DNA from: a virus
Length of the DNA: 64,000 bases
IMG/VR virus record: IMGVR_UViG_3300009085_000002
Coordinates: 24,966-88,965 of that record
Direction: 5' to 3' (one strand)
Shown piece by piece: positions 21,801 through 31,797 of the stretch (position 1 is the stretch's first letter; each line of letters opens with the position of its first letter). The position numbers were made by a program, and so were the translations under genes. Below the pieces are notes generated by a model. That model ran no database searches, was not told the DNA's origin, and saw nothing but the letters and a program-made list of their open reading frames with translations.

Positions 21801-24800
21801 TTGCATACAGACCTTCATATATTGAATCTAAGGCACAATTATCCAATTCTGATCTCCAAGTATTATATAGCCAGTTAGTGCTCCCAGATTTGAGAAGAAT
21901 GCTTGTAGAGAAGGAAAATTTGCCAGATATTGATAAATATAAAGAAGGGCAGAATTTATTCTATCTATTCCCTGAACTTAATAAGTTTGATGAATTTTTT
22001 GATAATAATGGAAAAATAGTAGATGATATTTTAGACCCAAATAAAGATTATATAAGTAAAATAAAATCAATACTTAATGATTTCTATATTAAGGAAGCTA
22101 ACACTATTGTAAATAAATGGAAAGAATTTGGCCTTATAACTAAAGATAGTAGATATCTTAATGAACAATATTTTAAAGAAAATTTAGATAACAAAGAATT
22201 TGATGAACAAAACTTCTTAGCAGCTTTAGATTATTCAATTAATCATGCAATAATGAAGTCTAATATATATCAGTTATATGTTGGAGATATTGCACAATAT
22301 TATAAATCTTCTAAATCTAAGAGTAAACTAGATCAAGTAAAAGATACTATAGATAATGTAGGTAAGAGATTAGCAGGTTTAAATGCCACTGGTATTGATT
22401 TAACTAATAATGATGAAAATACTTTTGATATATTAATTGCAAAAGATATTAGTACTACTTCTTTTAATATAGAACAACTATCTAATACTTTGTACAATAA
22501 GTCTTTTACTAGGCAACAATTATTACAAATGAATAAAAAGACTTTAGAATCTGAATATCCATATTTGTATCCTTATGTATATATTAATTCTACAGATGCT
22601 CAAGAATTAACTACTTGGAGAGATCACTTATATATAATGAATCAAAGAGGTTTACTAGATGAAGAAGTTTATAAAGAGATCTATGATAAATTAGAGCAAG
22701 GAAAAGAACTAACTTCAGAACAATTAGGTACAGTAATGCAACCTATGAAACCTGTATACTTTGGAGATGTGTATGGAGAGAATCCACAGTTTCTTAGAAA
22801 ATTATATGTTAAATCTTCTAGTTATCCTTTATTATCTCAACTAACTAAAGGTACTAATTTAGATAATCTTAGAATTAAGTTAGAAGATTATGAAAAAGAA
22901 ACTAAAAGAAATATTAGAGTTGCTTATGAATCTGCCGTTAAAGTAGGTAGTATAAAAAATAAAGCTACTCTCTTTAATGAAGATGGTATTTTTAATGAGA
23001 AGTTAGATATTAATAATCATGTGATTAAGAATGTACCTAGAAGACACTTTAAAATTCAACAAGATATACCTTATAATGAAGCTAAGAAAGAAATATCTAT
23101 GGGTACTCAAGGATCTAAACTTCTTTTTGATACAGTTAGATTTATAAAAGATAAAGTTTTTAATGGTAAAACTGGAACAGAATTATATTCTAATTATTTA
23201 CAATTACATAAAGAATTATTAAAAATAGGTCAAAAAGAATTAGAAGATAAATTAAATTATAATTCTTCTACAGGAACTATAAATATTAAGAAATTACAGG
23301 AACTACTATTAAATGAAGCTATAGAAAGAGGTTTTTCAATTAATGAAATAAAAGGATTAGGTTTAAAAAATAACAAGTTTGTTATACCTCCTTATTTATC
23401 AGGTAATTGGAAAAAATACCAGGCTTTGTTAACTTCTCTGGTTACCAATAAAATTATTAAACAACAATTTCCAGGGATAGCTGTAGTACTAGGATCTGAA
23501 ACTGGATATAAAATAAAAGAAGGTACTGAAGAAACTATAAATTCTTATAATATAGTCTATACTAATAAGGATATAAAATTCTTAAAACCTATAAGATTAG
23601 TAAAGAAAGATATTTATGAAAAAAGTAAAGTAGAAGAAGAACCTTCTAAACAAGATTTAAATAATGGTAATTATATTACTTTAGGTTCTCAAGTTATATT
23701 ACCTTGGAGATTTAAAGATAATGAAGGTAATCTTATAAATATACAAGATTATTTAAATGAAGATAACACTCTAAATCTAGATAAGATAGACCCTAAATTA
23801 TTAGAATGGATAGGATTTAGAATTCCTACACAAAAACATTCTTCTATGACTAAGATAGAAGTAGTAGGATTCCTACCTAATCTGTCTGGAGATTTAATCA
23901 TAGCTTCTCAGGATTTAGTTGCACAAATGGGGTCTGACTTTGATGTTGATAAGTTATATATGTATAGATATAATTATATGGTAGAAGATGGAATACTTAA
24001 AGTTGGAGTTAATGATGAAAATGCAAAAAAAATAAATCAAAATAAAATAATAGATATATATCATCAAGTACTTAGTAATAAGGAGATAGTAAAAAAAATG
24101 ATGAAGCCGTTGGATTATGGTAAGTTAAAGGAATTATCAGATAAATATAAATCTTTTATAAAAGAAGATTCTTATAACCCACTCTCTCCTTTATGGAATA
24201 TGGATAAATTCTTTCAGGCAAATTCTGGAGGTAAATTAGGAGTAGCTTCATTTGCATTAACTAGTGTATTAAATGCACAGGCCCAAGGATTAAATCTACA
24301 ATTCTTAAAAGATGATGGAAGTCCTTTTGAAATTAATTTTGGAGATTTTAAGTCTAATGGTACTATTTCAGGAGAACATGTAATAGGAGATAATACTAGA
24401 TCCATATCTGATGTAATATCTGCATATTTATCTTCTTCTGTAGATAATGAGAAAGAAAGAATACTAGAAAAGCTTAATATAAATAATCATACATTTCCTA
24501 TTATTAAAGTATTAACTTTGATGGGATTTGATGAAGATGTAGTAATACCTTTTATTAACCAACCTATTATTAAACAATATATAAATGAAGTATTTAAATT
24601 AAATTCTAAGTTTTCTCAAGTAAAAGGTAAGATAGGAAAAATTGCTTTTGATAATATTATTAATTCTGATACTTATAAAACAAATACTTCTATAAAAGAT
24701 TTAGAAGCTATATCAGATATTGGACCTATAGAAATGGTTAAATTTTTAACTATGGAAAATCCTCCTAAAGATATACAAATAGGACTATTAAGGAAATTTA

Positions 24801-26875
24801 AAAAAATTGAAGTATTAGGAGAAACTTTACAAAGATTAGAAACTACGTTTAATACTGATTCTAAAGGAGTTGGTAAAAATTTTATAGAAGTACAAACTAA
24901 ATTAGACAATCTACAAAGTTTAGAAGGAGAGTTTTCCAATATTAGTAATATAGGAAATTTACTTAATAATTCTATTTCAGGATTTGCAATTACTGAAGGA
25001 TTATACAATGTTAATAAATACTTTGGAGCTTTAAATCCTTTTAATAGTAGAAGTTTTAATAAAGTAGAAGAAGACTTTAAGAAAGCTACAAATAATGTTA
25101 CTTCTCCAAAGATTAAGCAATTACTTTGGAATGGTATGAAAGCTTATCTTTATAATACTACTGGTACAGATCTATATATAAATAATATAGAACAAGAAAG
25201 AAAAAGAATCTATTTTGATACTTATAAAAAAGATATAAAAGGGCACTACTCTTTAGCTTCTATAGTTAAAGATATACAAGATAAAAAGATAATAAAAAAC
25301 TATTTATTAAGTTCATTCCAACCACAAATTGAAAAGAATGGTAATCCTTCTTTATTAAAATTTAATGCAGCACAGGGAGAATTATTTGATGATAGTATTT
25401 ATTTTCAAGCTTTTTATGACTTATTAAGAAATAAATCTTTAGGGATTTATAATGGTAAAGAATATACTACTTTAGATTTAGCAAATGATTTAGTAAGATA
25501 TACAATGCTAAATGGTAATTTACAAGAATCTAAAGATTTTGCAAGATATATTCCTGTTGATTATTTAAAGTTAAACAATCAATTCTTAAATTATCTTAAT
25601 ACTATAAACTTAGAAGATGATTCTAAATTTGGTATTATAGAAGGAGGTAAAGATTGGGATATATCTAATTTTACAATTCAATTTATACAACATAATCCTT
25701 GGTACATAAACTACGAAGTTACTTCTACAAAAGAGTTATCTAGTATGGATAATAAATCTTTAACTAGTGTTAAGAAGTTTAAGATAGAAAATATAAAAGA
25801 TCTTCCAGTATTTGTTAAAATTGCAACTACTAATAATACTAAAGGATTTAATATTTATAAATTTAATGGAGAATTTTATGAAAAATTAAATGTTTTGGGT
25901 TCTAATTTCTTTACTGAATATAATATGGATAATGATAATATACAATCATCTATATATAGGAATTTTGATCCTTTTATACCTAATAAAACTTTAGTACCTA
26001 ATTCTCCTATTAATCCTATTAATCCTAAAGTATTAGATAAAAATATAGTTACTGAATTTGGAATTAAGGAAGGTAAAAATATAGAACAAATTATGATTAA
26101 TATAAGAGATCATACTAGTTCAGATTTTTATAAACACTTAATAGATCATCTACTTAGAAATAAACAGATGATTCAAGATACTATGGTCTTAATAGATTCT
26201 AAAGTTATTGAAGCGGCTTCTTATAATTCTAGAGATAATTTATTAACAATTAATCCTACTGCACCAGTAAGGAACTTTGAAGATACTTTGATACATGAAC
26301 TATTACATGCTTATACTTCTAGATTAATTAGGAATCCTCAAACTCCTGAACAACAACTAATTGTAATGAGATTACAGAATGTACAGGAGTTATTAAAATC
26401 TAAAATAAAAGAAGGTTTTAAAGGATTAAATCAACAAGAATTAGAATCTTTTGAAAAGAAACTTAAACAATATAAGATTGATGGTAAAGTTACTTTTACT
26501 TCAACCGATTTATCTAAGTATTATGCAACTATTTCTTTACCCGAGCTAATATCTATGACTATAGCAGACCCTATTACTAGAGATTTAATGAAGGATATAG
26601 AAATAGAACCAAATACTTCTTTATTACAGAAAATAAAAGAAATACTTATAGATCTTTTAAATACTCTAATTTCTAAACCAGAATTTTTAACTAATACTGC
26701 TTTTAGTGAAGTGTTAAGTAATACTTTACTGTTAACTTCTAAAGAATCTAATCTTATTGAAATTGAAGAAGGTATTAATGAAGAGAATAATTTTGTAGAT
26801 TACCAAGATGATATTATCTTTACAGAAGAAGAATTAAATGAGTATGATAGTATGAATAAATGTAAAAAACTTTAA
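15896..26875 (+). CDS. giant virion-packaged DNA-dependent RNA polymerase with C-terminal zincin-like domain
   Basis: 3659 aa; catalytic-type GSDFDVDK (DxDxD, ~23936-23950) preceded by GFRIPTQ; KRLAG, STDAQ, KPVY and ESAVKVG motifs; HELLH at ~26294-26308. Confidence 0.85.
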   Translation: MPDPKLDIRALEELNNSTQSNDIRQKEFGDEDLKKKNLPKLSQEDFEYLANTQTELEPHKAISRPFLTSKYDEPLQPGESIKDNSWIEKHRANNQPWHHEATNAIAGGITKGVFGAIENMGYLLDFTTQLGYNNILDKAESNAVSDAFRQARLKVDEVLPIYKDNPDTFLDGWRATSDILQNVTEFAIPGGIIAKGIGKGVSLLGKLGRYGNLLANSETATEILSTVPTAYLTNRMESARMAVEDFEQNMQMLSPYIKAGQISSEKAAQIAQDEANKIYMRNLPMMWTDILALKGIIKGSKLTRGAYNKTQKQLNRSLFNKVTEFTGQNALEGLEETYQGIAEREATYNTLKRAGIDPKGIYNGNLGERISNYLGDKSLQYEALLGFMAGGMQRLGAQVVSGGFYSNKDRDRDQQLQNDREELLTSTSSNLQGMLQSFIKKETSKQEAINKGYSHEAELWDDIDYINNITAHLSYGTVDKLESVLDVVEQDGIKSFGEESSLTQEDEPQIKTAARELKDKLRFAEKKWLKYSNLPFKSRVSTVNNEMIYTSLEKVGKGLDSKISEIKDDIRKVIESSNFKEHLGNIKLDEPRKAFLGNKDLNAQYTNFIEQTSNDKITELEQLQQDKAGIENYKRNLRTSISESTTPKAIAKAKREEMNDIEKQKEKIVEETNNLKKEKTRENRSKQEYDNLSSRAPNADNISKLDNIDKEIKSNKFLNSRDKEELFKNIKAQRDHLEKIKTQPKVVSTEEEVTKPSEFTEGFTTLEDMGIEPPTGTNKVKDIQIGNHIAKLNYDNTYSFFRKSKEGKLSLLNNPTVSTIKEAKIVLSELNKELDIKESNNQEELSELLSKQDRNSDPDTYTSESNKSVNSNNTQSELNEGSLKQPGSIFDTNKDDKNSGYSSITQAYNTIAWLGRKYRQETRDNNTVIIDLEDELNESSFKLLMDPDKFLPGSKITLEVEDDDSVPMYDLNLRDFESITTWGEYKKSLMENRVFEDLTNEEKDLYISNIPVRIIDEYNNKLGYIHRTEWSDIDRISGDVELDRKNNLELRKSVYEKSSLNTEITYKSYGSLMSAVDNKKDSLKNRFKDPNLVISVWNHETQSLQLSRDKKYKGHKDDILVNTTLVSGIPYVIAKIQKNTYMGIPVTSSKIKDYNKDLSNSLLKVVDIWTKSNSKQPLIPIEQSLVDQIMDMTNNDVRTFRGFRDFIKIFLKDYNTKGKDLKSFDRNDLKVSDADGIIHFTGNSIEFFTGGLDKVLEIGTNTPINSINNLKLILKNVVDNAYINVNLDYMENNNFYVPFIQENKVIDLNNGKSYKDFLKEVLNTNLLSFNIGTEETPNFIYTTQQVITFDSKLNPISTREENNTITTPQSLITKNVNIENKTKEGFNEFFGKYTASLDDFIDEMPLVTKEEDIEIDDPYIMKGFNFYEQSLIINSSLGTILDFVKAADEQNAGLKVNKTLESYKKSIESVRDDYQEIGNKKMTDFYNKWLNNYDKFSNILKLKFQRLRDVHNKGLIGDIEEILNEDFEDTTTLEKSFNDDFYLTLNKANKTTARFRYFLTGIKRLDKNGNPQLYAPGLYKTVNFDEVFSTLQRLLSNIRSNYNTMYNELLQYKNSIDWMPDFLKKLDKSSERTKKEFAVTMGSSYINMKFSMWSQQGKENYFQTWDANANSTSKFLQQQWKDNIVDTNLIILDPKSTEYKLNESISNKLLEDFNKFKESLVTIDNKDIINWLSNLGINVSDGVIKHIRTNNIRIQTSESNKVGVKLSWDQQFETSGIFGNLNEKLKTLLKQQKDGEEINFTDLFNGRPINTFARIIASIEDIISPNSFVIANKTYYPFSLTKFLTDRTRDILEDKMVINALLNNSYSKDSLLLNRMVSRDKGGNIEFLDSSIRKVFDIQYTSPEALRKISDKEGRKDEINEFTPQELEAFQANLFFDTRSKLNNGKDRKVIITLPPLSDKHNLMLLETIAYRPSYIESKAQLSNSDLQVLYSQLVLPDLRRMLVEKENLPDIDKYKEGQNLFYLFPELNKFDEFFDNNGKIVDDILDPNKDYISKIKSILNDFYIKEANTIVNKWKEFGLITKDSRYLNEQYFKENLDNKEFDEQNFLAALDYSINHAIMKSNIYQLYVGDIAQYYKSSKSKSKLDQVKDTIDNVGKRLAGLNATGIDLTNNDENTFDILIAKDISTTSFNIEQLSNTLYNKSFTRQQLLQMNKKTLESEYPYLYPYVYINSTDAQELTTWRDHLYIMNQRGLLDEEVYKEIYDKLEQGKELTSEQLGTVMQPMKPVYFGDVYGENPQFLRKLYVKSSSYPLLSQLTKGTNLDNLRIKLEDYEKETKRNIRVAYESAVKVGSIKNKATLFNEDGIFNEKLDINNHVIKNVPRRHFKIQQDIPYNEAKKEISMGTQGSKLLFDTVRFIKDKVFNGKTGTELYSNYLQLHKELLKIGQKELEDKLNYNSSTGTINIKKLQELLLNEAIERGFSINEIKGLGLKNNKFVIPPYLSGNWKKYQALLTSLVTNKIIKQQFPGIAVVLGSETGYKIKEGTEETINSYNIVYTNKDIKFLKPIRLVKKDIYEKSKVEEEPSKQDLNNGNYITLGSQVILPWRFKDNEGNLINIQDYLNEDNTLNLDKIDPKLLEWIGFRIPTQKHSSMTKIEVVGFLPNLSGDLIIASQDLVAQMGSDFDVDKLYMYRYNYMVEDGILKVGVNDENAKKINQNKIIDIYHQVLSNKEIVKKMMKPLDYGKLKELSDKYKSFIKEDSYNPLSPLWNMDKFFQANSGGKLGVASFALTSVLNAQAQGLNLQFLKDDGSPFEINFGDFKSNGTISGEHVIGDNTRSISDVISAYLSSSVDNEKERILEKLNINNHTFPIIKVLTLMGFDEDVVIPFINQPIIKQYINEVFKLNSKFSQVKGKIGKIAFDNIINSDTYKTNTSIKDLEAISDIGPIEMVKFLTMENPPKDIQIGLLRKFKKIEVLGETLQRLETTFNTDSKGVGKNFIEVQTKLDNLQSLEGEFSNISNIGNLLNNSISGFAITEGLYNVNKYFGALNPFNSRSFNKVEEDFKKATNNVTSPKIKQLLWNGMKAYLYNTTGTDLYINNIEQERKRIYFDTYKKDIKGHYSLASIVKDIQDKKIIKNYLLSSFQPQIEKNGNPSLLKFNAAQGELFDDSIYFQAFYDLLRNKSLGIYNGKEYTTLDLANDLVRYTMLNGNLQESKDFARYIPVDYLKLNNQFLNYLNTINLEDDSKFGIIEGGKDWDISNFTIQFIQHNPWYINYEVTSTKELSSMDNKSLTSVKKFKIENIKDLPVFVKIATTNNTKGFNIYKFNGEFYEKLNVLGSNFFTEYNMDNDNIQSSIYRNFDPFIPNKTLVPNSPINPINPKVLDKNIVTEFGIKEGKNIEQIMINIRDHTSSDFYKHLIDHLLRNKQMIQDTMVLIDSKVIEAASYNSRDNLLTINPTAPVRNFEDTLIHELLHAYTSRLIRNPQTPEQQLIVMRLQNVQELLKSKIKEGFKGLNQQELESFEKKLKQYKIDGKVTFTSTDLSKYYATISLPELISMTIADPITRDLMKDIEIEPNTSLLQKIKEILIDLLNTLISKPEFLTNTAFSEVLSNTLLLTSKESNLIEIEEGINEENNFVDYQDDIIFTEEELNEYDSMNKCKKL

Positions 26876-26877
26876 TT

Positions 26878-29800
26878 ATGATATGTCCAAATTTTAATGA
26901 TAAAAAAGTTAAAGAAGAATTTACTGAATTAGTAAATGTTTTAGGTGAAAAGGTTGCATATCATGTATGGAATTTAAATAATGGATATCATTTAGATAAA
27001 GCTTCTAATGGTAAAGATAGTAAATTATTTAATGATCTACTTAAATTATATAAAGATAATAGAAGCTTAGCAATTACAAGTAAAGCAAAATATTATTCAA
27101 GTAATATAAATTCTAAAATAAGTAAATCTGATGTAGATGAGAATAATGAACCTATATTAGAAGAGTTAAAAGAAGATAATATAAAAGATTTACTTCCCAA
27201 AACTTTAGTAAATGATAAAAAATTTACTATAGTGGAAGATAAAACTTTACTAGAAATTAGATCATTAAAAAGAAAGAGAGCTAAACTTAGAAGAGAAAGT
27301 AAAGATATACAAAATAGAGATGATATAAATAAACAGATATTAAAAATAGATCAATTAATAGAAGAAAAAGAAGATGATATTAAGAATATTAGAAGTATGG
27401 AAGCTATTAGTGATCTTGAAGATATTAAGAATAGAGATTTTAAGTTAATAGATTCTTACTTAGAACATTCTACTGAATTAGACTTTGATGATCTGGATTA
27501 TATTAAGAATATAATTAAATTCTGGCAAAAAGCTGGAGATTTTACTAATGGCAGAAATCATATATTCTTTGATGAATATGATTTAAATAAATTAGAATTG
27601 GTACACAAATTTCAGTCTTGGAAGAATAATGCAGATTTGTACTATGACAAATTAACAGATATATTAAAAGCTAAAATAGAACTATTTGTTAATAAACAGT
27701 TTCCAAATGCCAATTTGACAACTGATGATATATTTAAAATTACTAAAGATATAGGATGGTTTACTGCACAAACTATGGATATTAGTGAAATTAATAATAT
27801 AATGCTTCAAGCAACCCATCAGGCAGTTAAGATAGAAAATAATAGAGCTTTTAATGAGTTTAAAGAAAGAACTGAAGAGTTAGATAAATTATATGATAAA
27901 GCTAAAAAAGCTGGAACTTCTTTATATGGTAATAATTGGAAAGATTTATTTAGACAAGAAGATGAAAATGGTTTTGAAACTGGGGGATTAACTTATAGAA
28001 TTTCTCAGAAGTTTTGGGATAACAGAATGGAATTTTATAAGAAAACTAGAGGAGTATCTTTTAATAAAGCAGTACAAGCTAAATTAACTTGGAGAAAAAA
28101 TAATGAAATATTCTTTGACCCTAGAATATTATTTCCAGATCTAGAAATATATAATAAACAATATTCAGAAGAATCTAAGACTAAATTAGAGGATGAATTA
28201 AAAGAAGTATTAGGCTCTGATTATGATAAATATTATAATAAAGCTAAAGAAGCCATAGAAACTTTTAAAGAGTATAGAAAAGCTTCATTTGATTATATAG
28301 AATCTGTTGGAGAAAATATTGAGAATGCAAAAGAGATATGGAATGCAGAACATTCTCCATATTATTATATGGATAATATAGATGGAGAAAAATATCAAAA
28401 TAAATATGCTATAAGTGCTGAGGAATTTATAAAAGCTATACCCCAAGATAAAAATGGATATTATGATGAGAAGTATAAAAAGATAGAAAGAAATATAGAT
28501 ATAAAAAACTATCATTCTTTTATATCAGATATTTTAGTTACTTTAAAAAATATAGTACCTCCTGAAGTATCTAAAGATATACATATTAATAGTTTACCTA
28601 TACTAGATAAAGGTATAACAGAAGAATTTTCTGCAAATGGTATGCAATTAGGTATTAAACCTTTTTGGAATAAATTACAAGATAATTTAGCAAAAGCAAC
28701 TAGAGAATCTGGATTAGAGGTAGGTTTAAATATTCCTAGAAATGTAGAGGGTGAAGAAATAAAAGAAGTTAAGTTTAATATTCCTATGAATATTAAATCT
28801 ATAGTTGATAGAAAAATTGAATTAGAAAAAATTAAATGGGAAAATGAGAATGGAGAATTACCTTCAGAAGAGTGGGAATCTTTAAGAAGGAAAGAACTAA
28901 CAGATCAAATAAGTAAGAGTAAGAGTTGGGATTTACCCGCATTGATAAAATTCTATACTATGGCTGCCGTAACTTATAAACATAAACATTTAGTAGAAGA
29001 TCCTATTAAAGCTATTAAGAGTATTATAGCTGAAAGTAAAGGAGAAGTTACCAATAGGACAGGTATACCAGTTCAAAGAAGAGATGGTAAAACAATAGAT
29101 AATAAAGATCTTAAACATCTTAAAGATCAGTTTGATTATTACTTTCAGAATTTCTTAGGTGAACCTGGTAAATCTCCAGAAGGAATTTCTGAGACAAAGA
29201 AAGTTTATACTACTGAAGAAAAACAGTTACTTGAAGATTATAATACAGAATTAAAAACTTTAGAAGATAGATACAATAAAGGAGAATTTAATAATAGAGA
29301 AGATTTATATGTTGCACATAAGAATATTTTAGAAGAAAGAATAAAACATTTAGGAGGTAAAAGATCCACTGGTAAATATGGTGATATGATTCTTAAGTAT
29401 TATCAACTTAAAGTTATGGGTTGGAATGTTAAAGCTGGTATTGCTAATATGGGATTTGGATTATTATCTAATTTAGTGCAAGGTGCAGAAGGAAGACTCT
29501 ATACTAATGGATCTTTATTTAAAGCTTATAATATAGTATTTAAGAATTCTTTATTGGGTAGAATATTACCTAGTGATAGTAAAATGAAGAAAAAAGTTAG
29601 AGCTTTAATGGAAAAATTTGATGTATTAAAAGATGCATCACAAGAACTTTTCTTTAGTAGAACTCCTTCTAATGTATCTATTAAACTTAAAAAATTAGCT
29701 CCTTATGAAATAACTAAATCTACTGAATATATTAATCAAGCTCCTATAATGATTGCTGTATTGATGGATACTAAAGTAGGAGATAAGTCTTTATGGGATT

Positions 29801-30666
29801 TATATGATGAAAATGGGAATTTAACTGAAAAAATAGATGAATCTATTATAGACCAGGTTAAAGTTAAAATTGATAAAACTAATAAGATAAATCATGGTAA
29901 CTATGATAGTTTAGATTCTCCATTAATGGCTAAAAAAACTTGGATAGGTAGAGCAGCATTACAATTTAGAGTATGGGCATTAATGGGCTTTTCTAATAGA
30001 TTTAGGAAAGAATATCCTGATTATCAATTAGGTATACAAAGAAAAGGTAGATATAGATCTGTTATAGATATATTTGGTAAGACTAGACCAGAACAATATT
30101 CTATAAATAGGGCAGGTAAATATAAAAATTTACTAGCAACAATGGATGTACTAAAAGTTAATTTACAGTATCTTATAAAGAAGTTAAGCTTTAACAAAAT
30201 ATACTCTGGGTTAACTTTTGAAGATGAAGGATTTACTGAAGTAGACGCTGCAAACATGAGAGCAAATTTAACTGAACTTATTATCTATGCTTCTATGTAT
30301 GGGTTTGGCGCATTAATTTCAGCAATTGCTTATGATGATGAAGATAAAGAAGAAATGAATGCTAGAATTGCAATGGCAAACTTTTTAATGAATTCTTTAT
30401 CTAGAGTTGAATCAGATGTTATGTATTATATATCTCCAGTTCAGATGGAACAATTACAGAAAAATCCTATAGCAGTTGCAGGTCTAGTAGAAGATACTTA
30501 TAAAATAGTAGAAGGATTCCAAAGGTTAATTAATGGAGAAGATATAATTAAATCTGGCCCAGATAAAGATAGAAGTTTCTTATTAAGAGAAACTTTAGAC
30601 TGGTTACCTTTAGGATCTCAAGTAAATAGAACAGTAAAATCTATGCAAGAAAGATTCAATCAATAA
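26878..30666 (+). CDS. large helical virion cargo protein
   Basis: 1262 aa; MICPN...AYHVWNLNNG N-terminus; helical with a hydrophobic C-terminal segment; last gene of the virion block. Confidence 0.55.
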   Translation: MICPNFNDKKVKEEFTELVNVLGEKVAYHVWNLNNGYHLDKASNGKDSKLFNDLLKLYKDNRSLAITSKAKYYSSNINSKISKSDVDENNEPILEELKEDNIKDLLPKTLVNDKKFTIVEDKTLLEIRSLKRKRAKLRRESKDIQNRDDINKQILKIDQLIEEKEDDIKNIRSMEAISDLEDIKNRDFKLIDSYLEHSTELDFDDLDYIKNIIKFWQKAGDFTNGRNHIFFDEYDLNKLELVHKFQSWKNNADLYYDKLTDILKAKIELFVNKQFPNANLTTDDIFKITKDIGWFTAQTMDISEINNIMLQATHQAVKIENNRAFNEFKERTEELDKLYDKAKKAGTSLYGNNWKDLFRQEDENGFETGGLTYRISQKFWDNRMEFYKKTRGVSFNKAVQAKLTWRKNNEIFFDPRILFPDLEIYNKQYSEESKTKLEDELKEVLGSDYDKYYNKAKEAIETFKEYRKASFDYIESVGENIENAKEIWNAEHSPYYYMDNIDGEKYQNKYAISAEEFIKAIPQDKNGYYDEKYKKIERNIDIKNYHSFISDILVTLKNIVPPEVSKDIHINSLPILDKGITEEFSANGMQLGIKPFWNKLQDNLAKATRESGLEVGLNIPRNVEGEEIKEVKFNIPMNIKSIVDRKIELEKIKWENENGELPSEEWESLRRKELTDQISKSKSWDLPALIKFYTMAAVTYKHKHLVEDPIKAIKSIIAESKGEVTNRTGIPVQRRDGKTIDNKDLKHLKDQFDYYFQNFLGEPGKSPEGISETKKVYTTEEKQLLEDYNTELKTLEDRYNKGEFNNREDLYVAHKNILEERIKHLGGKRSTGKYGDMILKYYQLKVMGWNVKAGIANMGFGLLSNLVQGAEGRLYTNGSLFKAYNIVFKNSLLGRILPSDSKMKKKVRALMEKFDVLKDASQELFFSRTPSNVSIKLKKLAPYEITKSTEYINQAPIMIAVLMDTKVGDKSLWDLYDENGNLTEKIDESIIDQVKVKIDKTNKINHGNYDSLDSPLMAKKTWIGRAALQFRVWALMGFSNRFRKEYPDYQLGIQRKGRYRSVIDIFGKTRPEQYSINRAGKYKNLLATMDVLKVNLQYLIKKLSFNKIYSGLTFEDEGFTEVDAANMRANLTELIIYASMYGFGALISAIAYDDEDKEEMNARIAMANFLMNSLSRVESDVMYYISPVQMEQLQKNPIAVAGLVEDTYKIVEGFQRLINGEDIIKSGPDKDRSFLLRETLDWLPLGSQVNRTVKSMQERFNQ

Positions 30667-30676
30667 TACAGATAGT

Positions 30677-30711
30677 AAAAAAAAATAAGTCCTCAATTAA
30701 GAGGACTTTTT
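30677..30711. terminator. bidirectional intrinsic terminator between convergent gene blocks
   Basis: AAGTCCTC-aattaa-GAGGACTT hairpin (30687-30708) with an A-run on the left and a T-run on the right. Confidence 0.8.
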
Positions 30712-30719
30712 AGTTATTA

Positions 30720-30887
30720 TTATTTATATTTTCTTAAAATATCTTGAATTGATTTAAGTTTATAAGGTAATTTACTTTGTAAAGTTAATAGATGAAACTG
30801 TGCTGACATTGCTAAATAAGTGTCCTTTAATGCTTCATTAATTTCATCTACAAGGGCACTTATTTTTTTAATGTCATCTTGTTTCAT
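30720..30887 (-). CDS. small hypothetical protein (55 aa, not in ORF track)
   Basis: MKQDDIKKISALVDEINEALKDTYLAMSAQFHLLTLQSKLPYKLKSIQDILRKYK fills the gap before the terminator. Confidence 0.55.
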   Translation of the reverse strand: MKQDDIKKISALVDEINEALKDTYLAMSAQFHLLTLQSKLPYKLKSIQDILRKYK

Positions 30888-30901
30888 AATTAATTTTAAT
30901 T

Positions 30902-31390
30902 TTATTTTATTCTACCACATACTCTATGTGCTACATAATACTTAGATTTAAGGTTTATATAGAAAAACCAAATATTTTGATTAGTTATATTACAATTTTT
31001 TAAGAACTCATAGATTTCTTTAGTTAAATTTGCTCTTAATAGGTATAACCATTTCCATTCATAACAAATAGATAATTTATCTGCATAACATAATTTAGAT
31101 GGATTTACTTTATCTTCTATTGAATAATACCTAGAATGATATTTAATAAAATTATACCATTTTTTTCCAAATATACCTATTATTTTAGCACCTAATAAAG
31201 GATGTGTTTTTCCTTCCTGCCCATCTATATTAGATTTTCCCCAATAACCTAAATCATGAATAAAAATTGCTATCCATATCCTAGGATCATAAGGAAATCC
31301 ATATAATTTAATCCAAGCTATTAATACAAATATAGGATGTATAAAAAAACAATGTACACCGAATAGAATTGATTTTGTACCTATTTTCAT
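30902..31390 (-). CDS. HD-domain phosphohydrolase-like protein
   Basis: Metal-ligand pattern H...IHDLG...H...YHS...ADK. Confidence 0.6.
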   Translation of the reverse strand: MKIGTKSILFGVHCFFIHPIFVLIAWIKLYGFPYDPRIWIAIFIHDLGYWGKSNIDGQEGKTHPLLGAKIIGIFGKKWYNFIKYHSRYYSIEDKVNPSKLCYADKLSICYEWKWLYLLRANLTKEIYEFLKNCNITNQNIWFFYINLKSKYYVAHRVCGRIK

Positions 31391-31473
31391 TATATTTATA
31401 AAATTTGTTACTAAATCGGTTTAGTTCTTATTAGTTTAATTGTAAGTACCTAAATGAATACTTTATATTACTT

Positions 31474-31797
31474 TTATATCTTTTTTAAACATTCCATAGA
31501 TAATCTATGATAAAAGTTGTTTATTTCTTTTTTATCTAAAGTATTATTTAATAAGTCACTCAATTCATTTGTGATATTCATGGTAAACGCATCAATACTA
31601 ACAGATTGAGATCCTGAAAGAATATATTCTGATATATCTTTGTTAGATATATTAATCTTAGTTATTTTAAACCCAGCAGGAATGGGCTCAACTTCATTAA
31701 CTTCTTTTATAAAATTATTTATAGGAGGATCATATTCTCCAGTAATTAAAAAATTACTATCTCCTAGAATAATACTTACTACAACTTCTTTTTGCAT
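31474..31797 (-). CDS. hypothetical protein
   Basis: 107-aa ORF on the coding strand. Confidence 0.5.
   Translation of the reverse strand: MQKEVVVSIILGDSNFLITGEYDPPINNFIKEVNEVEPIPAGFKITKINISNKDISEYILSGSQSVSIDAFTMNITNELSDLLNNTLDKKEINNFYHRLSMECLKKI

Noticed and set aside
4366-30257. Antisense ORFs within virion genes (e.g. 4366-4638, 17791-18078, 24673-25008) and + strand ORFs within the - strand block
   Set aside because: Shadow frames rich in Ser/Leu/Phe/Ile, fully overlapping well-supported genes on the opposite strand
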